The notes under the pieces: generated by a model
Told to the model about the DNA's origin: nothing
Database searches by the model: none
What the model saw: the letters and a program-made list of their open reading frames with translations, nothing else
In this document: piece by piece, positions 17,609 through 27,575 of the stretch
Numbering within the stretch: the first letter of the stretch is position 1
Layout of the letters: every line of letters starts with the position of its first letter
Assembly: GCA_041659065.1 (NCBI GenBank)
Contig: JBAZYY010000002.1
Coordinates: 24,091 to 88,090, forward strand
Direction of reading: 5' to 3'
DNA length: 64,000 nt
Source of the DNA: Parcubacteria group bacterium
GTDB taxonomy: Bacteria; Patescibacteriota; Minisyncoccia; Moranbacterales; UBA11712
Made by a program: the position numbers and the translations under genes

Positions 17609-18265
17609 CTAGTCTCTTATGCGATTTTCTAGTAAATCCACTACTTCAGCAAAAACCTCTTCAACGCTCTGCTGTCCGTCAATTTCAATCAGTAAATTTT
17701 TGTTTTTATAATAACCAATTACTGGCGTAGTCTCCTCATGATAAACTTTCAGCCTTTTCTTCACGCCTTCCGGCGTATCGTCCGCGCGCTGAAAAATATC
17801 ACTTCCATCAATAGGGCATTTGTCTTTTTCGCTCTGAACATCGACTCCCATAATCAGCGGGTGACCGTTTTTGCATGTCCAGCGGCGGCAAATCCGTCTG
17901 ACTGATTCTTCTTCAGAAATATTTATCAAAATGACCGCGTCAATTTTTCGGCCCGTTTCCTGAAGAGCTGACTCCAGATAATCCATCTGTTCCTGATTTC
18001 GCGGCACACCATCGAAAACTATCCCTTGCTCTCTAGGAAGTTCATTTAGCTTCAGGTGCAGGACTTCTCGCATAATTCTGCTTGGAACCAGGGTCTTGGT
18101 GACATTCTGAATTTGCCATATCTCTTTTCCCAGGGGAGTATCGAGTTTCGCTACCACGCGCAGATATTTCCCCATATCAATGTGCTCCAGATTGTATTTT
18201 TTCGCAAGAAGTTCCGCTTGAGTGCCTTTGCCTGATCCCTGGGGACCTAAAACTATTATATTCAT
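17609..18265 (-). CDS. adk: Adenylate kinase
   Basis: GPQGSGKGTQ, FDGVPR, QRADD; follows secY. Confidence 0.96.
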   Translation of the reverse strand: MNIIVLGPQGSGKGTQAELLAKKYNLEHIDMGKYLRVVAKLDTPLGKEIWQIQNVTKTLVPSRIMREVLHLKLNELPREQGIVFDGVPRNQEQMDYLESALQETGRKIDAVILINISEEESVRRICRRWTCKNGHPLIMGVDVQSEKDKCPIDGSDIFQRADDTPEGVKKRLKVYHEETTPVIGYYKNKNLLIEIDGQQSVEEVFAEVVDLLENRIRD

Positions 18266-18326
18266 AAAACTTATCTGAGGCTATGCTTTTTATAATTATA
18301 CAGTTTTTATTTATAACTATATCTTT

Positions 18327-18437
18327 AAATCCAAATATCAAATCTCAAATGACAAACCAAGCTCAAAACTCAAAATGAAAAAATGAAATTGGGATTTTGG
18401 ATTTAATTTGAAATTTGGGCTTTGGATTTTGGATTTT
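18327..18437. repeat. Inverted heptamer array (CAAAT / ATTTG type)
   Basis: aaatcc aaatatc aaatctc aaatgac ... gaaattt gggcttt ggatttt ggatttt. Confidence 0.85.
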
Positions 18438-18440
18438 CCG

Positions 18441-19712
18441 CTAAAATCCTTCGTAATCTCGCATTATAAGCTGGGATTCAATTTGTTTCATTATTTCAAT
18501 CACCACGCTAACCACAATGAGAAGTCCCGTGCCCCCGATTGTGAGAGATTGGATGTGCGTCATTCCCTGAACAGCAAATGGCAAAACGGCTATGGCTCCC
18601 AGAAACAGCGCGCCGGAAAGAGTAATTCGATTAAGCGTGTGACTGAGATATTCCGCAGTAGCCTGTCCCGGCCGAATGCCCGGCACGAATCCACCCTGCT
18701 TTTGCAAATTTTCGGAAATATTTTTGGGGTCAAACGTGACCGCGGTGTAGAAATACGTGAAAAGGACAACCAATAAAAAATAGGCTGAACCGTAGAACCA
18801 TTGGTTCTTAAATATACTGTCCACAACGGTTGCGAAATGTGCCAGTGAGGGATTTGCCGCATTGCTTAGAAAATTCGCTATCATGCCGGGAAAAAGCATA
18901 ATAGACATGGCAAAAATTATCGGAATCACTCCGGCCTGGTTGACTCTCAGGGGCAAATGCGTCGACGTTCCGCCGTAAACCCGATTTCCCCGCACTCTCT
19001 TGGCATACGAGACTGGAATATTGCGCTGGCCCTCCGTCACAAAAACAACTGCGGCGATTACCAGAATCGCGAAAACAAGAAAACCGATGTATGTGAAAAG
19101 TTTAGTTGAATCCCAAACAACGAAAAGCTGAGATATGGAGGTCGGGAGACTGGCTACGATTCCGGCAAAGATTATTATTGATACGCCATTCCCGATATTT
19201 TTTTCCGTAATTAGTTCCCCCAGCCACATAAGAAAAACCGTCCCAGCTGTGGCTGTCACTATTATCGTCGCCATTTGAAGGCTAGTAAGATCCCCTAATA
19301 TATGCTGGGAGCGAAACAGGTTAATCATCGCGAAAGTTTGAAGGGCCGCGAGCGGTACAGTTATCCAACGTGTCCACATATTGAATTTCTGACGGCCGGC
19401 TTCGCCTTCTTCCTTATAGATCTGCTCCAAGCGAGGAACAATCATCGTAAGAAGTTGCATAATGATGGAGGCCGTAATATATGGACCGACTCCAAGCATC
19501 ACGACGGAAATGTTGCGAAGTCCGCCGCCGGAAAACATATTCAGCAGGCCAAAAAACTGATTATTTTCAAAAAAACTTCTCAGTTGATCTATGTTTACAC
19601 CGGGTACCGGAATGTTAGCCGCCACCCTAAATACAACTAAAATCCCCAGTACGAAGAGGATTTTATTTCGCAGTTCCTTTATCTTAAATATTTGGACTAA
19701 CTTTTCCCACAT
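18441..19712 (-). CDS. secY: Preprotein translocase SecY
   Basis: LGVGPYITASII, IGNGVSIIIF, GVIPIIFA, PGIRPG, GGTGLLIVV. Confidence 0.98.
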   Translation of the reverse strand: MWEKLVQIFKIKELRNKILFVLGILVVFRVAANIPVPGVNIDQLRSFFENNQFFGLLNMFSGGGLRNISVVMLGVGPYITASIIMQLLTMIVPRLEQIYKEEGEAGRQKFNMWTRWITVPLAALQTFAMINLFRSQHILGDLTSLQMATIIVTATAGTVFLMWLGELITEKNIGNGVSIIIFAGIVASLPTSISQLFVVWDSTKLFTYIGFLVFAILVIAAVVFVTEGQRNIPVSYAKRVRGNRVYGGTSTHLPLRVNQAGVIPIIFAMSIMLFPGMIANFLSNAANPSLAHFATVVDSIFKNQWFYGSAYFLLVVLFTYFYTAVTFDPKNISENLQKQGGFVPGIRPGQATAEYLSHTLNRITLSGALFLGAIAVLPFAVQGMTHIQSLTIGGTGLLIVVSVVIEIMKQIESQLIMRDYEGF

Positions 19713-19715
19713 AGT

Positions 19716-19808
19716 TTTAGACTTTTGAATTTTGAATTACGAATTTGGAGAAAGAATATGAAATCTTGAATTTCGAATTCATCATTCTAAATTCCAAATT
19801 CTTAATTC
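19716..19808. repeat. Inverted heptamer array (GAATT / AATTC type) between rplO and secY
   Basis: ttgaatt ttgaatt acgaatt ... cattcta aattcca aattctt aattc; the rplO stop codon lies inside the arm. Confidence 0.8.
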
Positions 19809-20230
19809 TGCACCGCCCCCCCCGCTTTCTCTATTTTCTCTTTGGCGCTTTTCGATACCAAACATTTCTCAATAGTGAGATTCTTTTTGATCTCACCAGT
19901 TGCAAGAATTTTTACGCCTATCCTTATTTTACTAATTAATTTCTTGTCGCACAAAGTCTGAGGATTAACCACATCCGAAGCGCTAAAATATTTATCAAGT
20001 TTTTCCAGGGTGACAACTTGATTTTTAGGATAGTGAGATTTGAAACCCCTCAATTTTGGCAAGTGCTCAATCAAGGTTGAGCGACCACCTTCAAAGATCG
20101 GGTTGATGCTCACTCCGGATCGCGACTTCTGGCCTTTTACGCCCCTTCCGGAGTAAGTTCCTTTTTTTCCGCCACGGCCGATTCTTTTCCTTGATTTGGT
20201 CTTTTTAATTTTAAGTTCGTGAATTTGCAT
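19802..20230 (-). CDS. rplO: 50S ribosomal protein L15
   Basis: RIGRGGKKGTYSGRGVKGQKSR, FEGG. Confidence 0.96.
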   Translation of the reverse strand: MQIHELKIKKTKSRKRIGRGGKKGTYSGRGVKGQKSRSGVSINPIFEGGRSTLIEHLPKLRGFKSHYPKNQVVTLEKLDKYFSASDVVNPQTLCDKKLISKIRIGVKILATGEIKKNLTIEKCLVSKSAKEKIEKAGGAVQN

Positions 20231-20242
20231 ATGAAAGGAAAA

Positions 20243-20740
20243 TTATATCTTAGCTATTTTTTCTTCAGCGCCTCGACTGCTCAAGGATTTTACTTCCCCG
20301 AGAGCTTTAAGGGTCGCTCTGGCGACACTTAGTTTGTTTGCCGATCCCATGGATTTCGAAACGATGTCGCGTATTCCGGCGAGTTCCACGACAGCCCGCA
20401 CCGCTCCACCAGCCACAATTCCTCGCCCTGGCTTCGCAGGTTTCAGCATGACCACCGCGCTGCCTTCCTTGGCCTTCACTTCGCAGGAAATTGTATTGTT
20501 ATGCCTCTTTATCTGAATCAAACTTTTCGTAGCGCCGTTATAGGACTTTCGGATAGCTTCGCTAACATCATTCCCTTTTGCCACCCCAACTCCGACTTTT
20601 CCATTGCGGTTTCCGATAATTAGAACCGCCCTAAAGCGAAAACGCCGGCCGCCTTTAACGACCCTGGTTACTCTCGCCAGATCCAATAATTTCTGATCAA
20701 ATTCCGGCTTTTCTCTTTTCCCAAATTTTTTCTTCGCCAT
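20243..20740 (-). CDS. rpsE: 30S ribosomal protein S5
   Basis: RVTRVVKGGRRFRF, GIVAGGAVRAV. Confidence 0.97.
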   Translation of the reverse strand: MAKKKFGKREKPEFDQKLLDLARVTRVVKGGRRFRFRAVLIIGNRNGKVGVGVAKGNDVSEAIRKSYNGATKSLIQIKRHNNTISCEVKAKEGSAVVMLKPAKPGRGIVAGGAVRAVVELAGIRDIVSKSMGSANKLSVARATLKALGEVKSLSSRGAEEKIAKI

Positions 20741-20747
20741 AGTAATA

Positions 20748-20870
20748 AATCAAAATTCAAAAATCAAAATGCAAAATTGAGATACTCGCTTCGCTTGTTC
20801 ATTATTTAGATATTTTATCTTTCGCGAAGCGACACAATAATTTTTAACTTTTCACTTTGAACTTTTAATT
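20748..20870. repeat. CGCTTCGC/GCGAAGCG-core inverted repeat element (rplR-rpsE spacer)
   Basis: aaaatc/aaaatgc heptamer arm, tactcgcttcgct, AT-rich loop, tcgcgaagcgacac, ttttaac/ttttcac arm. Confidence 0.9.
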
Positions 20871-21210
20871 AAAGGATAAGTCCGCCTTTCCGGGCGCCAT
20901 CTGCGAGCGCCTTGACCGCTCCATGATATTTTCTTCCGCGCCTATCGAAAACTACCTCTTTTATTCCTTTAGCCAAAGCTATTTTAGCGATTTCCTCTCC
21001 TAAAACCCCGGCTATGACTTGAGCACCCTCAGCTTTCTTAATCTTTCGGCTATCCAAGGAAAGTAAGGTTTTATTGCTCGCATCATCAATTATTTGGGCA
21101 TAAATAATCCTGAGGCTTTTTGTCACAGCCAATCTTGGGCGAACATCGGTTCCTGCGACCTTAGCCCTTACCCTTTTTATTCTTCTTTTCCTTAAAATAT
21201 TCTTATTCAT
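20869..21210 (-). CDS. rplR: 50S ribosomal protein L18
   Basis: RPRLAV..S...IYAQIIDD, VVFDR...YHG. Confidence 0.96.
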   Translation of the reverse strand: MNKNILRKRRIKRVRAKVAGTDVRPRLAVTKSLRIIYAQIIDDASNKTLLSLDSRKIKKAEGAQVIAGVLGEEIAKIALAKGIKEVVFDRRGRKYHGAVKALADGARKGGLIL

Positions 21211-21232
21211 AAAATCTCCCTTTTATTTACGC

Positions 21233-21781
21233 TTATTTATCTGCGCCAACTGCTTTCTTTCCCGCTTTTTTTCTAACTATTTCTCCTACATAGCGAAAGC
21301 CTTTGCCTTTATACGGTTCTACTTTTTTAAGGGCGCGCACAACCGCTGCGAATTGCCCGACCTTTTGCTTGTCTATTCCGGAGACAGTTAAAATATTTTT
21401 TTCTATAGCCGCTTCCAGACCTTCCGGGATATCCATTTTGACCGGGTGTGAAAATCCGAGCGCCAGATCTATCGTTTTTCCCTGAATTGCCATTCGATAT
21501 CCTACCCCCTGGAGTTCCAGTTTCTTCTCAAACCCTTGAGTGACGCCGGTAATCATATTTGCAATCAGCATTCTGGTAAGTCCCCACAAAGCTCTTGATT
21601 GCTTATCAGTCCTTTTGCCTATGTTGACTTTAATCTCCTTATCCTCCTGGCCTACTGATACTTCACGGCGTGCTTCAAAATCCAGCGATCCTTTCGGCCC
21701 TTTAACGGTTATTTTTTGTCCGGCGATGGAGATTTCCACACCATCCGGAACTGCGATTGGTTTTTTCCCGATTCTACTCAT
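21233..21781 (-). CDS. rplF: 50S ribosomal protein L6
   Basis: MSRIGKKPI, GVGYR, EPYKGKG. Confidence 0.97.
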   Translation of the reverse strand: MSRIGKKPIAVPDGVEISIAGQKITVKGPKGSLDFEARREVSVGQEDKEIKVNIGKRTDKQSRALWGLTRMLIANMITGVTQGFEKKLELQGVGYRMAIQGKTIDLALGFSHPVKMDIPEGLEAAIEKNILTVSGIDKQKVGQFAAVVRALKKVEPYKGKGFRYVGEIVRKKAGKKAVGADK

Positions 21782-21785
21782 ACTA

Positions 21786-22190
21786 TTACCAAATTTGACA
21801 AATTAATTCACCGCCGAGTCCTGATTTTCTGGCTTCATCGTCCGTCATGAGCCCTTTCGAAGTCGAGATTATTGAAAATCCATACCCGCTTTTTACCCGA
21901 GGGATCTTGTTTTTTTTGACATAAATCCGCTGTCCTTCGCGGCTTACTCGCTGCAGATCGTTAATAAACGGATTAGCAGTTCCGTTCGCTGAACTTGAAA
22001 ATTTCAAGACAATCTTGATGTTCCTGCGCTCACTGGATTCGTCAGTAGAAATATTTTGGATAAAACCCCTATTTCTCAAGATTTCGCCGATTTGCATCTT
22101 TAATTTGGAATGCGGAATAAGCACCTCCGGGTGGCCTGCCCTTGAAGCGTTTCTAACTCTTGTCAACATGTCGCTAATTGGATCCAACAT
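21786..22190 (-). CDS. rpsH: 30S ribosomal protein S8
   Basis: DPISDMLTRVRN, STSKGLM, GGEL. Confidence 0.97.
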   Translation of the reverse strand: MLDPISDMLTRVRNASRAGHPEVLIPHSKLKMQIGEILRNRGFIQNISTDESSERRNIKIVLKFSSSANGTANPFINDLQRVSREGQRIYVKKNKIPRVKSGYGFSIISTSKGLMTDDEARKSGLGGELICQIW

Positions 22191-22199
22191 ATCTATTGT

Positions 22200-22322
22200 A
22201 ATTGAAAAATGTAAAATGAAAATTGAAAAGTTTTGGTGTCACTTCGCGACTTTTTTAAAAAATAGTTACGAGCGAAGCGAGTTCCTTAATTTTTACTTTT
22301 TCATTTTTAACTTTTAATTTTT
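22200..22322. repeat. CGCTTCGC-core element in reverse orientation (rpsN-rpsH spacer)
   Basis: ggtgtcacttcgcga ... cgagcgaagcgagttcc, flanked by heptamer arms. Confidence 0.88.
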
Positions 22323-22326
22323 ATGA

Positions 22327-22512
22327 TCACCAGCTTGATTTTCTAACCCCCGGGATCTCACCCTGGCTGGCAAGTTCCCTGAAGCAAATTCGGCAAAGCT
22401 TGAAATCTCTCATATACGACCTTTTTCTTCCGCAACGCCAACAACGCCGAACTATTCGGCTTGAAAACTTTGGTTTTTTTCTGGCTCTTGCCTCAACTGA
22501 AGTCTTTGCCAT
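22327..22512 (-). CDS. rpsN: 30S ribosomal protein S14 (61-aa zinc type)
   Basis: RCWRCGR...LCRICFRE...PGVRKSSW. Confidence 0.96.
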   Translation of the reverse strand: MAKTSVEARARKKPKFSSRIVRRCWRCGRKRSYMRDFKLCRICFRELASQGEIPGVRKSSW

Positions 22513-22593
22513 TTCTAAATATTATTATGACTTATGAGTTGCGGATTGATCGAACTTCTAAATTCCATTAATCCGCAGCCCCTACTCCATATC

Positions 22594-23148
22594 TTACTTT
22601 TCCGAAAGTGCGAGAGGAAATCCCAACAGTCTATAGAGTTCCGTTCCTTCTTCTTTGGTCTTTCCGCTGTTTACGATATTGATTTGCAGACTGAAAATAT
22701 TTTTTACGTTTTCCGGCACAATCTCGGGAAAAACCGTATGTTCCTTAACGACTACGCAGATATTACCTTGATTATCAAAGCACTTTTCATCAATTCCTCG
22801 GAAGTCTCTCACCCTAGGAAGGGCGGAAAAAACCAGTCTTTCCATAAATTGCCACATTCTGATTCCTCTCAAAGTTACTGCCACTCCGACCTCTTGTCCC
22901 TGCCTGATCTTAAAACCGGCAATTGATTTTTTGGCTTTTGTTTGAACCGGCTTCTGCCCGGAAATTGTTCTCAGGTTTTCAACTATTTCATCAACCGCTT
23001 CTTTTTCCTTTAGAAATTTCCCAACTCCAATATTTATCGAGATTTTCGATATCCTGGGAATTGCCATAACATTCTTATAGCCGAACTTTTCTTTCAGCTT
23101 TGGCAAGACCTCTTTATCGTATTTTTCCATTAATATGCTTTTTTTCAT
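22594..23148 (-). CDS. rplE: 50S ribosomal protein L5
   Basis: ISGQKP, SIAGFKIRQG, LPRVRDFRG. Confidence 0.97.
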   Translation of the reverse strand: MKKSILMEKYDKEVLPKLKEKFGYKNVMAIPRISKISINIGVGKFLKEKEAVDEIVENLRTISGQKPVQTKAKKSIAGFKIRQGQEVGVAVTLRGIRMWQFMERLVFSALPRVRDFRGIDEKCFDNQGNICVVVKEHTVFPEIVPENVKNIFSLQINIVNSGKTKEEGTELYRLLGFPLALSEK

Positions 23149-23450
23149 AATTCTTTATTGCATTTTTTGCAAACTCTATGCTTCTTTTCTCCAATTAATT
23201 TATATCTGGTCCTTGACGGCTTGGAACATTTGGGGCACACCAGCATCACGTTTGAAGCATCAACCGGCGCTGGAACTGAAACACGTTGCCCCTTTTCCCC
23301 TTGCCTTCTCGGCTTCACATGCTTTTTGACAAGGTTCAGCCCTTCGATAAGGACTTTCCCTTCTTTTGGAATAACGCGCAGGACTTTTCCAGTCTTTCCT
23401 CGATCCTTTCCGCTCAATATTTTTACATTGTCTCCCTTTATTATTTTCAC
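23145..23450 (-). CDS. rplX: 50S ribosomal protein L24 (GTG start at about 23450)
   Basis: KGDNV..LSGKDRGKTGKV; ORF-track extension to 23498 is repeat-derived. Confidence 0.95.
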   Translation of the reverse strand: MKIIKGDNVKILSGKDRGKTGKVLRVIPKEGKVLIEGLNLVKKHVKPRRQGEKGQRVSVPAPVDASNVMLVCPKCSKPSRTRYKLIGEKKHRVCKKCNKEL

Positions 23451-23459
23451 AACTTTAAA

Positions 23460-23535
23460 ATATTTTTTAATAACCTGATCCGCGAAGCGGAACGCCAAAA
23501 CTTTTCATTTTTCACTTTAAACTCTTAACTTCTTT
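23460..23535. repeat. Half copy of the GCGAAGCG-core element (rplN-rplX spacer)
   Basis: cgcgaagcggaacgcc followed by ttttcat ttttcac tttaaac tcttaac. Confidence 0.8.
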
Positions 23536-23536
23536 T

Positions 23537-23902
23537 CTACCAGACCTCCGGTGCCAACGATACTATTTTCATATAACCCTTCTCACGAATTTCTCGCGCA
23601 ATCGGTCCGAATATACGCGTTCCTTTGGGGTCTTTCCCTTCCAGAATCACCGCTGCGTTTTCATCAAATTTAATATATGAACCATCTTTGCGCCTCAAGG
23701 CTTTCTTTTGCCTCACAATGACAGCTTTTACCACCGCTTTCTTCTTTACCATTCCTCTGGGCTCTGCTTCCTTAACAGAAGCTACCACTACATCGCCAAT
23801 CTTTGCGTATCTCCTGCGCGTGCCGCCCAGCACCTTGAAACATTCTATGATTTTGGCACCAGAGTTATCGGCTACTTTTAATTTAGTTTCAGCTTGGATC
23901 AT
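23537..23902 (-). CDS. rplN: 50S ribosomal protein L14
   Basis: MIQ...[23 protein letters not shown]. Confidence 0.98.
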   Translation of the reverse strand: MIQAETKLKVADNSGAKIIECFKVLGGTRRRYAKIGDVVVASVKEAEPRGMVKKKAVVKAVIVRQKKALRRKDGSYIKFDENAAVILEGKDPKGTRIFGPIAREIREKGYMKIVSLAPEVW

Positions 23903-23903
23903 G

Positions 23904-24028
23904 AAATCAACTCAAAACTCAAATGTAAAATGTCAAATCTTTGGTGTTCGCTTCGCTCATTTATTTTTTTAAAATTAATCGCGAAGCGATACCCTACTTT
24001 TGAGCTTTGACTTTTGAATTTTAATATT
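23904..24028. repeat. CGCTTCGC-core element (rpsQ-rplN spacer)
   Basis: Arms nearly identical to the copy at 24914-25038. Confidence 0.92.
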
Positions 24029-24285
24029 TACTCGTATATTACTTTCCACTTCTTATCCTTACTAATCGGTTTCGTTTCGGTAATCGCCACTTTGTCTCCA
24101 ACTTTAAAGGTATTCTCCGGATCGTGCGCCTTATACCGTTTCGTTGAAATATATCTTTTCAGGTATTTTGGATGCACCTTCATCTCACTGACGTCAACCA
24201 CTACGGTCTTATCCATCTTGTCGCTCGACACGATACCCTCGATAAGCCTTTTCTTCTTTGAATTGTTTTCTTTAATCTGTTTCAT
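24028..24285 (-). CDS. rpsQ: 30S ribosomal protein S17
   Basis: SDKMDKTVVV, HPKY, AHD, ETKPISKDKKW. Confidence 0.97.
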   Translation of the reverse strand: MKQIKENNSKKKRLIEGIVSSDKMDKTVVVDVSEMKVHPKYLKRYISTKRYKAHDPENTFKVGDKVAITETKPISKDKKWKVIYE

Positions 24286-24293
24286 AATAAATA

Positions 24294-24494
24294 TTATTTA
24301 TCCGGATTTCTTTGCTTCTCTCCGAGTATCGTTAAAATTTGCGCTACTTCCTTTTTCATCTTTCTGATATCGCGATGATTTTTTACTTGTTTAGCGGAAA
24401 TATCAAACCTCATCTTGGTCAACTTATTTCGAAGATCCAATAAATCTTTTTTGAGCTCATTATCACCCTTTGTCTTCAGTTCTTTCGTCTTCAT
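24294..24494 (-). CDS. rpmC: 50S ribosomal protein L29
   Basis: Size and position; IRKMKKEVAQILT. Confidence 0.93.
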   Translation of the reverse strand: MKTKELKTKGDNELKKDLLDLRNKLTKMRFDISAKQVKNHRDIRKMKKEVAQILTILGEKQRNPDK

Positions 24495-24504
24495 AATGTT
24501 ATCC

Positions 24505-24912
24505 TTATCTTTCTTCTACTTTAGTCTTGACACTTAATTTAGCCGCGGCCAGTTTTAAGGCCTGGCGCGCAATAGTCGGCGTTACTCCATCCATTTCAAA
24601 CATAATCCTTCCCGGCTTCACAACTGCCACAAAATGATCGACCGATCCCTTGCCTTTACCCATAGGAGTTTCATCTCCCTTTTTCGTCATAGGTTTATCG
24701 GGAAAAATTCTTATCCATATCTTTCCGCCCCGCTGGACATACCGAGTAATCGCGCGGCGCGCAGCTTCAATTTGCCTTGCGGAAATGAGACCGCATTCCA
24801 TAGCCTTCAATCCAAAGCTTCCAAAACTCAACTCGCCTCCTCTTTTGGAATTGCCGGTCAGCTTTCCGCCCCGCTGGTGCTTTCTGAATTTTACCTTTTT
24901 TGGCATCAACAT
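24505..24912 (-). CDS. rplP: 50S ribosomal protein L16
   Basis: [34 protein letters not shown]. Confidence 0.98.
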   Translation of the reverse strand: MLMPKKVKFRKHQRGGKLTGNSKRGGELSFGSFGLKAMECGLISARQIEAARRAITRYVQRGGKIWIRIFPDKPMTKKGDETPMGKGKGSVDHFVAVVKPGRIMFEMDGVTPTIARQALKLAAAKLSVKTKVEER

Positions 24913-24913
24913 A

Positions 24914-25038
24914 AAATCAACTTAAAACTCAAATGTAAAATGTAAAATCTTTTGAGTTCGCTTCGCTCATAAAAAATTTATTAAATAAATCGCGAAGCGA
25001 TACCTTACTTTTGAGCTTTGACTTTTGAATTTTTACAT
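24914..25038. repeat. CGCTTCGC-core element (rpsC-rplP spacer)
   Basis: aaatcaacttaaaactcaaatgtaaaatg...gttcgcttcgctcat...aatcgcgaagcgatacc.tacttttgagctttgacttttgaatttt. Confidence 0.92.
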
Positions 25039-25680
25039 TTATTCGAATCTGTCTCCCCGATATATCCAAACCTTAACTCCAATTACTCCATGAGTAGTTT
25101 TGGCAATAACTTTTGAAAAATCTATATCCGCCCTGAGAGTGTGGAGAGGCAGGGTTCCTTTCGAAACCCACTCTGTCCTCGACATATCCGCCCCGCCCAA
25201 TCGTCCGGAAATTTCTATCTTAATACCTTTTATTCTCTTGCCCTCCATTGCTTGGTCTGTTACGCCCTTGAGTATCCGCCTGAACGGAACTCTTTTTTCA
25301 AGCTGTTCCGCTACGCTTCGCCCGACAACTTCAGCATTTTCTTCCATATTTTTTATCTCTTCAACCTCTACTTTGAGATCTATTTTTCTGCTAGGAAGAA
25401 ATTTTTGCCTGATTTCCCTCTTTATATCTTCCGCGCCGGATCCGCCTCGGCCGATAATTACACCCGGTCGGGCTGATTTTATTATCACGCGTATTTTCCC
25501 GGCAGACCTTTCGATTTCAACCTCGCCGATAGCCGCATTCTTAAGCTTTTCTTTGATATATTTTCTTAAATTGACATCCTCTCTCAGCTGATTAGCATAT
25601 TCTTTCTTGCTAAACCAGCGGGATTTCCATCCCTTAATAACTGCTATTCTGAAAGCTTGTGGATTAACTTTTTGTCCCAT
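25039..25680 (-). CDS. rpsC: 30S ribosomal protein S3
   Basis: MGQKVNP, RPGVIIGRGG, PLHTLRADID, GVKVWIY. Confidence 0.98.
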   Translation of the reverse strand: MGQKVNPQAFRIAVIKGWKSRWFSKKEYANQLREDVNLRKYIKEKLKNAAIGEVEIERSAGKIRVIIKSARPGVIIGRGGSGAEDIKREIRQKFLPSRKIDLKVEVEEIKNMEENAEVVGRSVAEQLEKRVPFRRILKGVTDQAMEGKRIKGIKIEISGRLGGADMSRTEWVSKGTLPLHTLRADIDFSKVIAKTTHGVIGVKVWIYRGDRFE

Positions 25681-25752
25681 TTATTTCTCTGAGAATTATG
25701 AATCAATTAATAATATACCAATATCATACGGAATCCTTAGCTCACAAAGACT

Positions 25753-26349
25753 TTACATACTCTTCCTTCTGAATACCTTTTTCAGAAATCCCTTCTGTTC
25801 TCCGGCTTTTTTCTTTTCGTCTAAAAATTCTTTTTCTTCTCGCTCTTTAACAATCTCCCCGCCAGCAACGCTTCGCGTAGCGATGCGGGCAGGTTTTCTC
25901 TCTTCCTTTGCCGCTTCTTTTTCGCTTTCTTTCTTTGTCGATTCTATCTTAACTTTATCTTCCGCTTTAATTTCCTTAATCTCTTGCTTCTTTACTTGTT
26001 TTCTATCTTTTCCCTCAACTCTTTCCGCCAAAATCATTTCTACACGACTCGTCCTTTTGAGAAGAAGACTCGCTCTGCCGTAGGCTCGGGGGAGCCATCT
26101 TTTGAGTCGCGCTCCCTCGTTTACGATAACCTCTTTGACATACAGGTTATCCTTATTCAATCCGAAATTATTTTCCGCGTTGGCTACCGCGCTTTTTAGG
26201 AGTTTTTCAAAACTCGATGCGGACCCCTTGATCAAATATTTCAATTGATCTTCGGCTTTTTTCACATCCAATCCCTTTAACATATCGGCTACTAACCGAA
26301 CTTTACGCGGAGACTTCCTATAATTATTTAACTTTGCTGATACTTGCAT
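25753..26349 (-). CDS. rplV: 50S ribosomal protein L22 with an ~85-aa charged C-terminal extension
   Basis: SPRKVRLVAD, SAVANAENN, PRAYGRA. Confidence 0.96.
   Translation of the reverse strand: MQVSAKLNNYRKSPRKVRLVADMLKGLDVKKAEDQLKYLIKGSASSFEKLLKSAVANAENNFGLNKDNLYVKEVIVNEGARLKRWLPRAYGRASLLLKRTSRVEMILAERVEGKDRKQVKKQEIKEIKAEDKVKIESTKKESEKEAAKEERKPARIATRSVAGGEIVKEREEKEFLDEKKKAGEQKGFLKKVFRRKSM
25858..25893. repeat. 36-nt imperfect palindrome inserted in frame in the rplV tail (PARIATRSVAGG)
   Basis: cccgccagcaacgcttcgcgtagcgatgcgggcagg; a GC-rich island in an AT-rich Lys/Glu tail. Confidence 0.8.
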
Positions 26350-26376
26350 AATAGTTGACCGTGAGTTTCGTGGATT

Positions 26377-26700
26377 TTACTTTTTTCCTTCCTTATTGAC
26401 AGCTGAATCTTTCTGTTTTGCCGAACTCTCAAGCTCTTTCTGCATCTTTCCGCCGTGTCGCGTAAACTTTCGAGTTGGAGAAAATTCGCCCAGTTTGTGT
26501 CCAATCATCTCTTCCGTAATAAACACCGGCGTGAATTCTCTGCCGTTGTGGACTCCAAAGGTAAAACCGACCATTTCCGGAACAATCGTAGACGGGCGTG
26601 ACCAAGTCTTAATGATAGCTTTATCACCAGGCTTCTTATCGCCAATCTTTTTTAATAATTTTTCATCCACGAATGGACCTTTCTTTAAACTTCTTGCCAT
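26377..26700 (-). CDS. rpsS: 30S ribosomal protein S19
   Basis: [30 protein letters not shown]. Confidence 0.98.
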   Translation of the reverse strand: MARSLKKGPFVDEKLLKKIGDKKPGDKAIIKTWSRPSTIVPEMVGFTFGVHNGREFTPVFITEEMIGHKLGEFSPTRKFTRHGGKMQKELESSAKQKDSAVNKEGKK

Positions 26701-27521
26701 TATTTTTTTCGTTTGATAATAAACTTGCTGCTGTATTTATGCTTCTTTCTCGTTTTCTTTCCAAGAGCCGGCTTGCCCCACGGTGTTTTCGGATGTTTCA
26801 ATCCAATCCCTTGCTTTCCTTCCCCTCCGCCATGCGGGTGATCAACCGGATTCATTACGGTCCCTCTGACTGTAGGTCTAATACCCATCCAGCGCGAACG
26901 ACCAGCTTTACCAATAATGACTGTGTTATGCTGGGCATTCCCCACCTGACCAATCGTAGCAAAACAACTGCCACTTATCAACCGAATTTCGCCAGAGGCC
27001 AATTTTACCTGTGCTTTTCCTGCATCCACGGCCATAAGCGTAACTGACGAACCTGCGCTTCTTGCCAATTGCGCCCCTTTACTCGGGAACATTTCCACAA
27101 GGCAAATTTGGGTTCCCACCGGAATATTCTGAACTTCCATTCGGTTGCCTATTTTTATGGCTGCTTTGTGATCATTTAAAAACAGTGAGCCCGCCTTCAT
27201 GCCCTCAGACGCGATTATATACCTCTTTTCTCCATCCTTAAAATTGAGAAGGGCGATGTTGGCACTGCGATTCGGATCCCGCTCGACTCTTTCTATCGTC
27301 GCCGGAATTCCAAACTTATCCATCTTAAAATCGATTATTCGATATTTTTTCTTGTGGCCGCCGCCCTTGTGACGAACGGAAATTTTACCTTTCGACCGGC
27401 CCCCACGGCTTTTGAGGCTGCTAGTCAGGCTCCTTTCTGGTCCAGAAAAACTTTCTTCCAGTTTGTTCACTGACATTTGCCTTCTCCCAGGTGTAGTTTT
27501 TCTGTATACTTTTATCGGCAT
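26700..27521 (-). CDS. rplB: 50S ribosomal protein L2
   Basis: [36 protein letters not shown]. Confidence 0.98.
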   Translation of the reverse strand: MPIKVYRKTTPGRRQMSVNKLEESFSGPERSLTSSLKSRGGRSKGKISVRHKGGGHKKKYRIIDFKMDKFGIPATIERVERDPNRSANIALLNFKDGEKRYIIASEGMKAGSLFLNDHKAAIKIGNRMEVQNIPVGTQICLVEMFPSKGAQLARSAGSSVTLMAVDAGKAQVKLASGEIRLISGSCFATIGQVGNAQHNTVIIGKAGRSRWMGIRPTVRGTVMNPVDHPHGGGEGKQGIGLKHPKTPWGKPALGKKTRKKHKYSSKFIIKRKK

Positions 27522-27575
27522 CTGAATTTCATTCAAAAATCAAATTATTGACGCGCAAAATGTTTGCAATTTATG

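Noticed and set aside
20748-25038. CRISPR array suggested by recurring repeats
   Set aside because: The repeats are dispersed one per intergenic spacer between ribosomal genes, not tandem with unique spacers, and there are no cas genes.
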